A stretch of 27,544 nt of DNA from Paramecium tetraurelia (lineage: Eukaryota). This document shows positions 11,530-24,200 of the stretch, piece after piece; the stretch's first letter is position 1, and every line of letters starts with the position of its first letter. The position numbers and the translations under genes were made by a program. Under the pieces are notes generated by a model. The model was not told the origin of the DNA. It worked only from the letters and a program-made list of their open reading frames with translations, and made no database searches. The stretch is taken from assembly GCA_000165425.1 (NCBI GenBank), contig CT868010.1, positions 248,001 through 275,544 on the forward strand, in the 5' to 3' direction.

Positions 11530-12612
11530 TTATTATATTAATTAAAAAACGACTTCATTTCATTTTTGTTACTTAATTTATAAACATAAAAATCATCATT
11601 ATGTTTAACACAGATACAAATATCATTAAAATTCTACACAGGAACAATTTAGCAAGTTCTTTCATATACTTTCAAAAATTTTATTGGAAACTATTAATTT
11701 GATTATTAACGATATTCTTTGATTGTTTAAGTTCTTATTCAATGTCAATCAAATATAATTCTCTAGAATTCAATCCAGCTTTATTGAGGAATCGATGAAA
11801 ATTATAGATATATTGATACATCCGATATAGTATTGACAATAAGAACCTAAAAATTAGAGAGAATTTCTTTATAGTTTCATAGAAATGACTGGCAAGATAA
11901 TTTTTGCAAACCTACAAAATAAAGAAATAAATTTAAATTGAAAAAATACTAAAACTCCTATCAAATCAATATTAATTATATGTAGTTGACTAATAAGATT
12001 CTTATGCTTATATCTTCTCGATAGAGTTAAGTTTTAATCAAATTCCTTTTATCCAAATTTTTTAATGTCATAAATTGACCAAATTTATTTCTACTCATTT
12101 TTACATCCATCTTGGGATGTTAGAGGGAAAATAGTAACACTTTAAGCAAGTCAAAAGGAAAAACGCATTTGCTAATCTTAAATTTGTCAAGGAGTAATGT
12201 TTCCTTTAAGGATGATGTTAATTAATTAGGAAAGTTATTTTTAATATAACCAAATTTTATATTATAATCAATCAAACATCTGGTTCTTTATATTAAACTG
12301 AATGGGGTGTGATCATGAACTTAGGAAAGTCTATCAAGTCAAATTAGAGAATTGAGTATAATAGTATAACCTTTTTAAATAGTTTACAGAGTTAATAAAC
12401 CATATCAATCTACTTTGGATGCATTGATAAAATTCAGATATATTCGACGAAATGAAGTGTTGAGTAAGTAAATAATAACAATGAAAAGAAGGAATCTCTA
12501 CAGGAACATATGATTCCTTAGTTAAAATTTACTTCATAGAGAATTTAACAACTATTTATATTATTATTTTCCGTATTTAATTTAGAAAACAGAAGTGATT
12601 TTAATTAATTTA

Positions 12613-13407
12613 ATGTAGTTGTAATAACACAACTCGTTCATCTAATTTGCAAGATAATTGTTAGAACAGCAATCTTCATCGAGTCCAGACATGGATGAAC
12701 ACAAGGACTCTTCTTTAGACATGAGTTAGTTAATTAAGTTGCAACACACTATTCCTGACAATATTTTAATCTCTCCAGAACCTTCAAAAAAGAAGGGTTC
12801 CATTCTTCTGCCATCTGATGATCCTTGCAATTGTAGCAGATCTGGGTGTAGAAAAATGTATTGTGAGTGTCTTGCCAAGGGAAGACTTTGCTCTTCATTT
12901 TGTAGTTATAATATTTCTATTTAATAGGCAGATGCCAAAATTGCCATAACAAGACTTCAAACAAGCTTGTTTTAAATGTCATAGAAGAACTAGATCAAAA
13001 TAGGAACAGAAAACGATTTAGATCAAGAAGGTTTAAGGATGTAATTCATTCATCTATTCTAGGGATGTACATGCTAAAAGTCAATGTGTTTGAAGAAATA
13101 TTGTGAGTGCTTCAACTCTGGAAAAAGTTGCGGCTCTGGTTGCAAATGTGTGAATTGTGAAAATTATGTTCTTGACGAAGTCGAAAAAATTATTTGCTCG
13201 CCAAATTAAAAGAAAACATCAAAATTTTCATCTAAATTCGAAAGTGCGAATACTAATACTAGATCGGATTATTATGGGTTAGTCTTAGAGAAACTCGATT
13301 TAGAAGAGTTCGAAGAATCTGAGGAGTGTATTTTTATTTCTATTTATATAGAATTGGACAAGATGAATACAATTGTTATAATGGTATTAGGTTAGTTAAT
13401 CATTTGA
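12613..13407 (+). CDS. Tesmin/TSO1-like CXC (CRC) domain protein
   Basis: Two CXC domains: CNCSRSGCRKMYCECLAKGRLCSSFCRCQNCHN and CTCQKSMCLKKYCECFNSGKSCGSGCKCVNCEN. Introns of 26 and 22 nt. The 3' end is less certain (possible intron near 13326-13351). Confidence 0.9.
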
Positions 13408-13447
13408 TTTATTTGTTGACTTCAATTATAATTATTAATTATTATTT

Positions 13448-14834
13448 ATGGGGCAAGTCTGCTATAGGGAGCATGATGAAGCACGATTGCTCAATTCTTC
13501 AGATATCAAAAAACCCGAATCCATTTAAGGATCTATGAACAAATCTAAAAGTAATTCCACATTGAAATAAGAGCTAGCGGAGATTGTTTACAAACGCAAA
13601 ATGTTTTAGATATGTCTGATGATCCTGAGTTTTAAATGGAAAATGATGAATTTCTCCGACTTTCAAATGTATTCCATATTTTATATAAACCAGAAAAATA
13701 CCCAAGAAATGGAAGTTGGGGGTAAAATAATTGAAAAAGACCTGAATTCTCCTCATTCAACGAAAGTCAACATTGATAGTTTTAGATTGCTGAAGGTTTT
13801 GGGTAAAGGTTCTTTTGGTAAAGTTATGCTTGTTTAATACAAATCTAATGGTATCTTCGAAGTAATCTCTAGGTAAGTATTACGCAATGAAAGTTCTCTA
13901 AAAAAAAAATATATCAAATGAAAGATAAAAGAGACACACTGAAACCGAGAGAATCATTTTAGCTACATGTTCTAGTCCCTTCATCGTAAAATTGAGATAT
14001 GCATTTTAATCACCCTACAAATTGTATTTGGTTGTTGATTATTTACCAGGAGGTGAACTCTTCTTCCATCTAAGGAAAGTTATTAAATTTGATGAAATAA
14101 TTTCGAAATTTTATGCTGCCGAAATTCTCTTAGGCTTACAATATTTACATGAAATTAATATCATTTATAGAGATCTAAAGCCAGAAAATATCTTATTAGA
14201 TGATAAAGGCCATATTAGATTGACTGATTTTGGGTTATCTAAAATTATGCTAGATGAAGATAAAACTGCATTTAGTCTATGTGGAACTCCTGAGTATTTA
14301 GCCCCTGAGATATTAACAGCAAGTAATTATGCTCAATGATTAGAAACTGGATATGATAAGACATGTGATTGGTGGAGTTTTGGTGCCTTACTTTATGAAA
14401 TGCTAGTAGGAGCACCTCCTCATTATAGGGATAATAAGAAGGAAATGATAAGAAAAATATTGACTCAACCTATTCCATACCCACCATTTCTATCTGAATC
14501 TGCCAAATCATTATTGCAATAATTGTTGGTTGTTGACGTATCAGAAAAATAAAATAATTTTAGCCTAAAAAGAGATTAGGATTTTATTAGGATGGATATG
14601 AAATCATGTAACATTCCTTTTTTGAAACTATCAATTTCTAAGAGATGGCTCTTTAAAAGGTATATTGATATTATGAAGTAGGCAAAACCTCCCTACGAAT
14701 TTGATAAAAAGGAATTGAAGTATTTCGACGAAGGATTAACGAAATAAATTGCAAAAGACACACCTGTAAATGGAACTTTGATACCAAACTAAAATTTTTC
14801 AAATTTCACTTATCAACCGAGTGTTGCAAAATGA
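13448..14834 (+). CDS. AGC-group Ser/Thr kinase (Akt/SGK/S6K-like) with putative N-terminal acylation motif
   Basis: [70 protein letters not shown] and C-terminal hydrophobic motif FSNFTY. Starts MGQVC. Several 21-26 nt introns. Confidence 0.95.
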
Positions 14835-15109
14835 AAATCATTAATTTTTTAAACATCAAAAACAAGTAGGTTTATTATATTATATAATTATATATATCAC
14901 TTGAGATTTAACATAAGCAATATACTTAGACCCTTATTCAAGTTAATAATTTGATGCATTCTAATCTTAGTAATTGTAGGCTGCAGGTTGAAAATATCCA
15001 GAAAGAATTAAATCAGTCTTACAAAAATTACAAATTTATAAAGTTGATTATCCTAAGAAATTTCAAATAACCCAAGCAGTAATGAAAAACAGTTAATTTT
15101 AGCTTGATT

Positions 15110-15346
15110 TCAAATATCCTCAAAATTCTTTCTTTATTAATTGGTGTCCCAACAAAATTTCTTTTTATTCTCTTGATCCTGAGAATGTGTGATAGTCCAG
15201 GGTTGCCCTTTTTTTGGACCCAAGGATGCCAACATTTAATGATTAATATTCAAAAATAACCAAATTTGATTCAGTGACATATCTCTTTCTCTATTCTTTA
15301 TTCTTAAAAAATACTCTGATTAATCAGGATTTGAATAACATAACAT
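15110..15346 (-). CDS. Possible small hypothetical protein or gene remnant (78 aa)
   Basis: ATG..TGA frame MLCYSNPDQSEYFLRIKNRERDMSL...GPKKGQPWTITHSQDQENKKKFCWDTN in an otherwise unexplained 570-nt gap. This length is not significant with a single stop codon. Confidence 0.2.
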
Positions 15347-15401
15347 TCCAAAAATTGAATTACTAATTCTATTTGAATATAATAAATAATAATTCACAAA
15401 T

Positions 15402-16487
15402 TCAAATGTCTTCATCTTTGACATTATAAAAGTCGCTGAACAATTAATAAATACTCTATGGAGTATATTAACCCTAATTAGTGATATATAGGCTTATATA
15501 TTCAGGAGGTACATAGTCAAATGTTATCTAAAATTTCCATATAAAAATACTCCAATGCTCATCTAGTCTATAGTTGAATTTGGATTAATTTTCAAGGGTG
15601 ATACAAGTTAATTAAAAGTTGTCTGATCAAAGGCATATTTTGGAGTCAATTTATGTGCTCCAGATAGTACAATCACTGGAACAGCAAATTGTTTAGCTAA
15701 TACACAAATGGCGTAAGTTCCTGGATGCATCAAAAGACCTCCATTCTTAAGAATTGCATCTACTCCCAACAAGATTTTATTTACTCTTTGCATAATAGCG
15801 TAAGCATTAGTAAAAGGTGTTAAAGTGACGTTTAATTAATGCTTGCCCAAATCAGTAGCAAATTATTTTCCTAAGTTTTCTGTTTCACTTTCTAAAACTA
15901 TAATCTCAAAGTTTCTAGTCTTTTTGGCTGACAGCAAGAAATTTAACACTGTTGTTGAGTATTCATAAACCAATAGCACTTCATTTGTGAAAAAATGTGT
16001 TGATGCCTATTCATAAATAAATAATATACAAATGTGTTTATATCATCTGAATGAGCCTCCAATTCTTCCAAGACTTATTCGATCGCAGGTAGAATTATAT
16101 ATTATTAATTTGCATTTGAACCTGTTTCAGGGCCAGTTTCAATTGTTGTTTTAGATCTACTTGATTGTCTTTATATAGTAAGACCTAATGCTTTAAAATT
16201 CTTTTCTTTATCTTTATTAGGAAGGAATCCATCTTCAGAACTCATCAACCTTATCACTTATATTACACGTCGAAAAACATTAGGAATCCAAAAATCCAAT
16301 GGACCTTATTTTAGTCGATTAGATAATTTTTTGATATATGTGATATAATCCTCTATCGTGGGATTTTTTGGTAATTTTGCTTATTTGGCTGATAAATGAG
16401 CTTTGAGTGCTAAAATCGATTCTTTACTAGAATATAATCGAGCTAAAATAATCAATAACTTCTACGCTGAGCCTTTTAAGTGTTCAT
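15402..16487 (-). CDS. EIF2B2: Translation initiation factor eIF-2B subunit, most likely beta
   Basis: NVFRRVIQVIR, QASTHFFTNEVLLVYEYSTTVLNFLLSA, AIMQRVNKILLGVDAILKNGGL, PVIVLSGAHKLTPKY, FDYVPPEYISLYITNQG..TPQSIYQLFSDFY..KD. Three short introns. Confidence 0.9.
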
Positions 16488-17555
16488 AACTCAAAAGAAT
16501 GAATTTTCTTTAATAAATTTATTTATTTATTTAACCCTATGAACCAGACTTAAGACTAAAAGAACAGATAAAGATTGAGTGAAATATTTATTATAAAAAA
16601 AATTAGATACATCTTTTTTGAGAACTATAATCTCTGCAATTAATATTAATTCAAAATTATAATATTTGCTCATTAAATAATATAAAGAAAAAGTTTATAT
16701 CGAACAGTAATTATTGATGATCATAAAAGAATAATTATAATTAGGAGTAGGAAGTAGATGAGGATGGGTAGGAAAATGAAGTAAATGATTAAATTTACTT
16801 AAAAATAATGAAAATAAAATGAAAAATGCTTAATTCAAATGAATTGGAGAAGAATTATAACATTTTTTGGCAATTAAAAGTTTTTTTTAACTGTACAACA
16901 TTTACTAATATAAAAAGAGAGAATAATTTCAATATTTAATCTAATGTATACTTATACCTTAATGAATATACAATATTTCCTTTATTCCATTGCTATCTAA
17001 CTAATTATATTAAACTAATTTACAACTGCAGGTGATACTTTATCTTAATTATTTTATCTCATAATTTATTTTCATAGGCAATGAGCTATTAATAAAGCAA
17101 GCATTCCTTTTAAATCTAAGGTTTCTACTTCTTAAAGATTGTTGGCCAAAGAAGTCTCGATCTCGATCCTTTCAATTTTATTTTATAAGACGAAGCATTA
17201 TCATAGCTTATGAAGTCTCAACAGTTCTTCAAAGTTTAATGAATTAATATATAAACTAAATCCTCAAATATAGAAGCTAAATTAATTACTTTCATATTAA
17301 CTTGTGAGATATTCTCCAAATAATAATCTATTCAATAAGAAGGGTCTTTTTCTATAAATCATATTCACAAAAAACATCTTTCCTTTGCTTCTTTTTCAAT
17401 TTTGTATAAATTCCTGTCCTAAATTATTTTCAAATGGGTTTGGTTTAACCCTCTATATAGTGAAAGCGAAGGCAAATAATCCTTGGCTGAGAATTCCGGA
17501 AGACCTTCATGCGAAGCCACTGAATTAGAAGCTACCTCTAGAGAGACCCTCATAA

Positions 17556-17635
17556 AACCTACTTTGATGTGTGCGATAACTTTTTCCACTCTGCGGATAC
17601 AACCTCCTTTGAGATGTGTGATAATGTTGTCCACT
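17556..17635. repeat. Degenerate direct repeat, two copies, period 45 nt
   Basis: aacctactttgatgtgtgcgataactttttccact (17556-17590) versus aacctcctttgagatgtgtgataatgttgtccact (17601-17635): 28/35 identical with no gaps. Confidence 0.7.
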
Positions 17636-19771
17636 TTATATAACTTCGGGTTTGGTCAAGACTGGCAAATATGACTGGGGTTGGTAGAATGACTCTTTTT
17701 AGTATTGTAATTTTTGGATCTTTGCATTCTCTCAGAATTTAGATATGCTTAGACCCAATTCAATCCAAACACAGAGAATGTGAAAGAGCCAATCTGAAAA
17801 CCAAAAAAGAAATATAATTAAAATGGTCTCATAATAGTTCTTTAGGCTTAAAACACATTAAATTGAAAATAACTAAACTCTAATATCATTATTTTGATTT
17901 CATAAAATTTATGATAGTATTGAGCAAAGTATCAGAGGTTGTTAAATGAACTTAATTTATTTTCTTGAACAGATTTACTACCAATAATTAAGGATTTGCA
18001 AGCTCATTATGTCTAAACACTCAATTATAACTGTCGAACAATTAGTAATTGGAAATGCAAATTTTTAAAGCACAGTAAAGTCCTTCTCATAATTCTTTAA
18101 AGTCAAGATACATTATAATACAGTGTACATATATATTTCGCTTCTATCCCTCTCAACAATCAGATAAAATTGATTTGCTTTACCACTAAGCATAACAACT
18201 TAAAATAAGATTTATGATTTTCTTACATAAAATACAAAACAAAAGATATTCTGTATTTATTTGCTTAATGATTTTAAATCTTGTATAAATATATCATTGA
18301 AATGAACATAAATTTAGGCGAAAGTATGAATAATTGTTGAATTTTTAGTAGCTAATTTGTGGTAGAATGCATTCACACTTGTAGAATGGAATTAATTAAA
18401 TTGTGTGAATAAATTATAGAGACCAGCTTCTTGGAAGATTTTGTTTAATTAATATTAACTAGCTGGAATATAAATAATCTAAGCCATTTCCACCACAGAG
18501 AAACCTTTTCCAAAATTAAGAAGCACAGAGAAACATACTTCATTAATAATATAAATTCGCGTTTGGTACACACTAACTAGAATTTAAATCAGAAGACAAG
18601 ATTCTTTTTAGAACAATTCAAAGCTCGCCCACCCATCGTAGATGCAAATTTAATCTCTACAGCGATAACATATTTCTTTAACAAATTTACGATTATTTCA
18701 GATTTAATCTCAAAAAGAACAAAAAAAAGGATAGAATAATATCTAAGAATTATTTTTCTGGAAATATTGTTAAATTGATTTTATATACATACACAAAGGA
18801 TTCATGTTTAAACAAAAAGTCGGATTTTATTTATGATCAAAATAATAGTTTAATTTTTGACTAAGAAATGAAATTAAAATCCTTAGGAGGGCTAATCGCT
18901 ATATCTTAATATATATCCCAGAACATGCTTACTTCTAACAATGGAAATTCAGATGGACGAATTGTAGGGATCATGCATAGTACATGAACATCAATCACAT
19001 CTATGAGCACTTGAGAGGCCTTCCTGGCATTGGATCTTCAAGATTGAGAAAATCCTTATCATCTCTATTTCTCTCCATCTTAGTAGAATTCTATTTTATT
19101 GGTGTTGAGTATTTTTTGTTAATTCTGAAACAATAAACATCTCATGTTTCGGCTTATCATTAGTTCCATTTTTCTCAGTAATAAGAGTTAAGTATACAAA
19201 AACCAAAAATAGAATTTTATTGTTTTAAGATGATTAGCTATAACTTAAAAGGAGTGGAACAACTGAAAAATTAATAAGAAGCCTTCTGAAAATAAGAAAA
19301 AGAATTAATCATTTTCAAACTTAAAAAAAATATAAATGGCGTAACTTAGTGAGGACTCCTTTCTTATCTTAGATCTTCAAAATAATATCTGAACTTATTT
19401 GAAACCTTAACATACTTTTAATTTAATGATTTTTGATATTTCTTCTTTAATTAATTGAAAAAATTAACCTTACATAATTAAATTAGCTAATCGAATACAT
19501 AATGATTTAAGAATTAATGAACAGTTACTGATATCAACTTTGAAAAATTAGGAAATAATATTCTAAAAGTTATGCTGATTATTTTTAAAAACTAGTTTGA
19601 ACCTTTCAAATTTCAAATTATTTTGTTTTATAGTAAGCAACAATTGTTATTGGCAGATTAAAATTTTGATTTTGTTAACATAATTCAAATGATTGCAAAA
19701 ATATTTTAACTCCAAATTTTGATATCTTAATGGTTTGTTCATCAATGATATAAAAATCCATAATAATTAAT

Positions 19772-21250
19772 TCATTTATTTAATAATTCATATATTGAAT
19801 ATCCTTTTTTTTTGTCATCCCAAAATACCAAACACCACTCATTATTTCTGATAGTTCCATAAATTTAGTATGTGTCACAAATCAATTAATCATAATTTTT
19901 GTACTTGCCATCATTAATTTCTCTGATCATATCAATATATGCTTTTATGCCTAACTAATATCATAATCCTCTCATTATTATAAATAATAGGGAAAAAAAA
20001 TTTATCATAAACTGATTATTTGTATACAGGTGAATTTCCTTGTTCTAGTTTCTTAAAAGACTCCTTATACTAATACAAACACATAAAGTTTATCTATTTG
20101 TTGACCGTCAGTATCCAAATAAATTAATTCACTTTGATAAACATAACCTTATGTCCTCATTCTTAAATTGATTATTTATGATTTAGAATTGATAATGAAT
20201 AATGATAATGAATAATTTAATATTCTAAATACTATTTATGTTATAAGCTTCCTCTATTATAACAAAATATTTGAATTTAAAATTAACTTTGTCTCCCCAA
20301 ATAATAATTTAATTCTAACCTTCTGCAGATAATACTTATCAAACCTTGATTGATTTATCCTAATATTCAAAAATTATAAGTCCTCATTTTAGTTTAATAT
20401 GATGCACATAACACAACCAAGATGTTTTTCATAAGGTTATGAACTAATCCAATCATTTTAGTTCAATTATTGCCAGAATCTTAAGGTTTTGTCTCCAGAG
20501 CATGATATAAATGAATTCTACTTGTTAACATAACTAAAAATTAGATCTAATCAGTATGTCTTTTCAATGTTTTATACTAATTTGATTGTTCCATGAAGAA
20601 AACTCTATAATTTAATATCTTTATAATTTTTGATACCGTAATTGACCCAGAAGAATCAGAACTTTTGTAGCACAATATTCATTTTATCTATCAAATTAAT
20701 CAATTAATAGTAATTTGATTTCACAATTAGGAGGCAAATTGAAATAAAGGATGGGGATAAATTATTTCTTTATCGCTTTAATGCTTAACTTAGTTAGATA
20801 TTGATTGAATTTATTTAACTTATTGCATAGTTTAGTCATCCAAGATCTATTATTATTATCTATTAGTTTTATATTAGAATCTTATATAATTTTCTTGCTG
20901 ATTACTATGCTTATCTCAGATTTTTGCACATAATAGCCTTGTGCCGCTTTAATCAATTTATAATCGACATTGTAAACTTTATTATTTACTCTTTTCTTGA
21001 TTATGGATTTCTTTGTGAATGCTATTAATTAATATAAGCATTTTTGGCTAGTAGTTGAATCACCTGCCCTTTAGAAACATGTTTTATTTGTTGAACTTAA
21101 TTGATTGCTCATACTTGTATCAATCATATATTGTTACTTGCCTTTGACTTGTGCTAAAAGTTCTGATATTGGCTTAACTCATGAATATTTAACACGTAAA
21201 ATTTTTGTTAAATCAAATAATTGCTGACATTGTGATATTTAAAAAAAATC
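19772..21250 (-). pseudogene. Decayed WD40-repeat gene of the expanded Paramecium WD40 family
   Basis: Fragments in different frames: SFISCSGDKTLRFWQQLNQNDWISSQPYEKHLGCVMCIILNQNEDL, FPIIYNNERIMILVRHK, and EINDGKYK..DQLICDTYQIYGTIRNN..LVFWDDKKK.YSIYELLNK-TGA. Frameshifts and internal TGAs lie between them. The 5' limit is approximate. Confidence 0.7.
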
Positions 21251-24200
21251 ATGTTGGTTGGATTTAATTTTGGACAGCACTTGCATCTAGTGAAACTCTG
21301 TGACCTAGCGCAGAGCAAGCAAATAATCCGACCGATCCTCCCCCACTTTTAAATATAGTGATTGTTTGCCGCCATTAGCCTATTGAAAGTACATCTTACC
21401 TTTGTATCTAGTTGATGCATACTGCCCACACCTGCAGTGCAACCTCTAATCCGTAAACACCAGAAGATCTAATTATGGCCACCTCCAGTAATTGGAATTC
21501 TTCTTACCAAATGAAAAATACTGTTATAGATTGTATCCTGATACATTTTAAGAGACTATTCCTCGGAATGCGCTCCACTTTCAAATAGTGTAGGAATTCT
21601 AAAGGACTCCAAACATTGTGGATCGAATCAGTATGCTACCTCCATTCTCTAAAGTCTTACAATTACGAGCTAATTTTATTACCTTTGATGCAAAGACATT
21701 CAGATTAAGCAAATTATGGAAGTTTAAAATGTAAGCTCTCCAAAATATTGTAGTTCTAATTACAGCATTTACTTCAGCTAACAGTTGCACAAGATCACCT
21801 GTATTAATTCTTAATTGAAGTTTATTAAAGAAAAATCCTCTAATCTTGTCTTACTTGATAGAATTCAAATCTGTCAACTTTAGCTATCCAAATAGAGGGG
21901 TAGCACGTAGTATAATTATATCCAACTGCAACATTATCTAATAAGAACTGAGCCTTATGTTATTGGGGCTTCTTTAGAAGTGGATTTCTTCTTGAAGGAG
22001 TTTAACGGAATTATAACAATTAAGCAACTCTTATTTTAAGAAAGATGCAAGTACTCTCCAAAGTGTTGAATAGCTACTAAATCACGATGTACTTATGATT
22101 ATATATTTTGCTGCATAACATGGTTAAAAATGTTCATCGTGTTCAACATTTGAAGTTTGCACAGTATACAATAAACCGTAGTGGTTTTCTCTGTTGATTT
22201 TTGTTAATATTGCAAATACGTATGGTTGTACTTTTGGTGATGCACAATTAAAGTGGTCTATATTACATCCTGATTCAAAATCTTTGAAGAGTCAACATTA
22301 GTCCTCCAGTGTTTTAATCCAATCTTATGGATGTTGATAGGTTTTGTCATTTAAAATATGTACCTGATGTGTTATATACTTATGATAATGTAGGTCATAT
22401 GCTTAATTTTTTAAGTAGTATAGCATTTAAATTCTTTCTGCCTACATGTTTCCTTAATAATTGTATTTTTGTTCATTTTTAAGAACCTTACAAAATAATT
22501 TGCCATGCTAACTATTGAAATTATTTTTAAGTGCTATCATCAATTCAAATTGAATTTTGTCGATACTTTTCACCAAATGAATTTGCTTCTTTGTACTATT
22601 ATTGAATGACAATTTTATAGTTGCAACTCAATATTGTTTCTGTATTGTGAGAGTCTAATGGTTTGGATCAGCTCCTCCTTTTCTTACTTATTGAGATTGA
22701 AATTTATGCAATAGAATTACTACTGGTAAATTTAATAATTGTGATACTGTTTCTATATATCCTCTTGCACCTTATCTACCTAAATTGCTTTAGATATTTG
22801 AAATTGCATGAATATTTGATATTTACAGAATTTATTCTACCTTCTCTTAATAGTGTCCTGATAATCATGTTCATAATTCATCTTCTGTAGTTTCAGTAGT
22901 AATAAAAAGTAAATCCCACTAAAACTATCTCATATAAACAAATGACTCATGATAACTATTAGATATACTTTAATACAACCACCTAAGCAATTCAACACAT
23001 GGTTGAATAATTTACTCGAGATACATGTGTCCTTATTATTTTGTAATAAAATAAGATTGAAAATTTTAAATAATATATCTTACCCGATAATCAATATCTC
23101 AATAAAATTATTAATGATTGAAAATTCTTATCAAAATATGTTCATATCCTTTTTTTGATCTGTCCTCATTAAATTATTAAATCATGAGTAGCTAGGGTAT
23201 GCCCATAATGGAGTAGACTGTTCACCAACCTTTATATTCAGCAAGTGATGCACTCATACAGGATAATACATTGTTTTTTACCTAAGAGTTATCCTTATAC
23301 AAATAAAGCAAAATTTACTTAACATTGGCTCTTATATCCTGTATTAGAGTCTATAGTGCACTTAAAGCAAAAATTGAATGGTTTGTATTGAAGGATCTAC
23401 TTCATAATATCAGTCTACCTTTCAACTAATACTCACTAAATTATATTTTAGAGATTTATATCACCTCCTAAAATTCTGTTGTCCTTCATATTATATTTCT
23501 TAAGCAGTTTAGTCATCTCAATTAAATGTAGTTAATATGTGACTTCTTTTTTATCTTAGTTTGCTTGACTTTGTAATATTATGGATATTACTTTATCCAT
23601 CTTTTCAAACGCATTAACCTTGCTCGGTATAGTTATATATTTTAACAAATCCTATTTCATATAGCTTGTGTGCTCAAACAAATTGCAAATCAACTTGGGT
23701 CTCACCAAGATGCATTTAATGCATATCCTTTGAAATCTGTTGTAATCATGAGATATGAGATATAGCAATAAGGTAAGCGAAATTCTGAAAGCAAGTTTGT
23801 TTCACCTTCATTATGAGTAACCTCAAAACCTCTTATAACTAGCCACCTCAGCTCTATGCTTCATTTTTGAATATTTTGCATCTGAAAAAATTTATAAATG
23901 TAACTTTACATTTATTCTGCTTGATTGTACTTATTTTCTTCATTAGCCTCCTAATCTAGCGTCAAAATTATTTTGTAAATTTGGGCTATTTCTTTCAGAC
24001 CTTTCCTGATTTCCTTCGCAACTATTCATATACCCACAGAATAACACAATCGAGTAAGCTGTCAAGTAAATTAATATATCTCATTATTCTAATCTTGTAA
24101 TACTAGAAATTGTCAATCTTGAATAGCATCAAACTGATTAGTCTCTTGAAGCTTGTAGATTCTGCAAAACAGATGATCCGTCACAAATGTGTTGACAACT

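Noticed and set aside
13326..13538. ORF-track 70-aa plus-strand ORF
   Set aside because: It spans the CXC gene 3' end, the spacer and the kinase start in a different frame, and begins at a non-ATG codon.
17436..17684. Isolated telomere-like hexamers (GGGTTT, GGGGTT), plus CCCAACC at the window end
   Set aside because: Single units only, with no tandem telomeric array.
17675..17693. Minus-strand GTCATTCTACCAACCCCAG, resembling a ciliate telomerase RNA template region
   Set aside because: Spacing between GUCA and the template-like stretch is longer than in the Tetrahymena RNA as I recall it, the repeat does not continue (CCCCAG), and I saw no supporting helices. An Infernal search with the ciliate telomerase model would settle it.
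18386..18778. 130-aa plus-strand ORF in ciliate code
   Set aside because: With only one stop codon, ORFs of this length arise by chance; no motif recognised.
22663..23158. Two hydrophobic plus-strand ORFs resembling membrane proteins
   Set aside because: Ile/Leu/Phe richness is the typical antisense signature of AT-rich minus-strand coding remnants; no motif is present.
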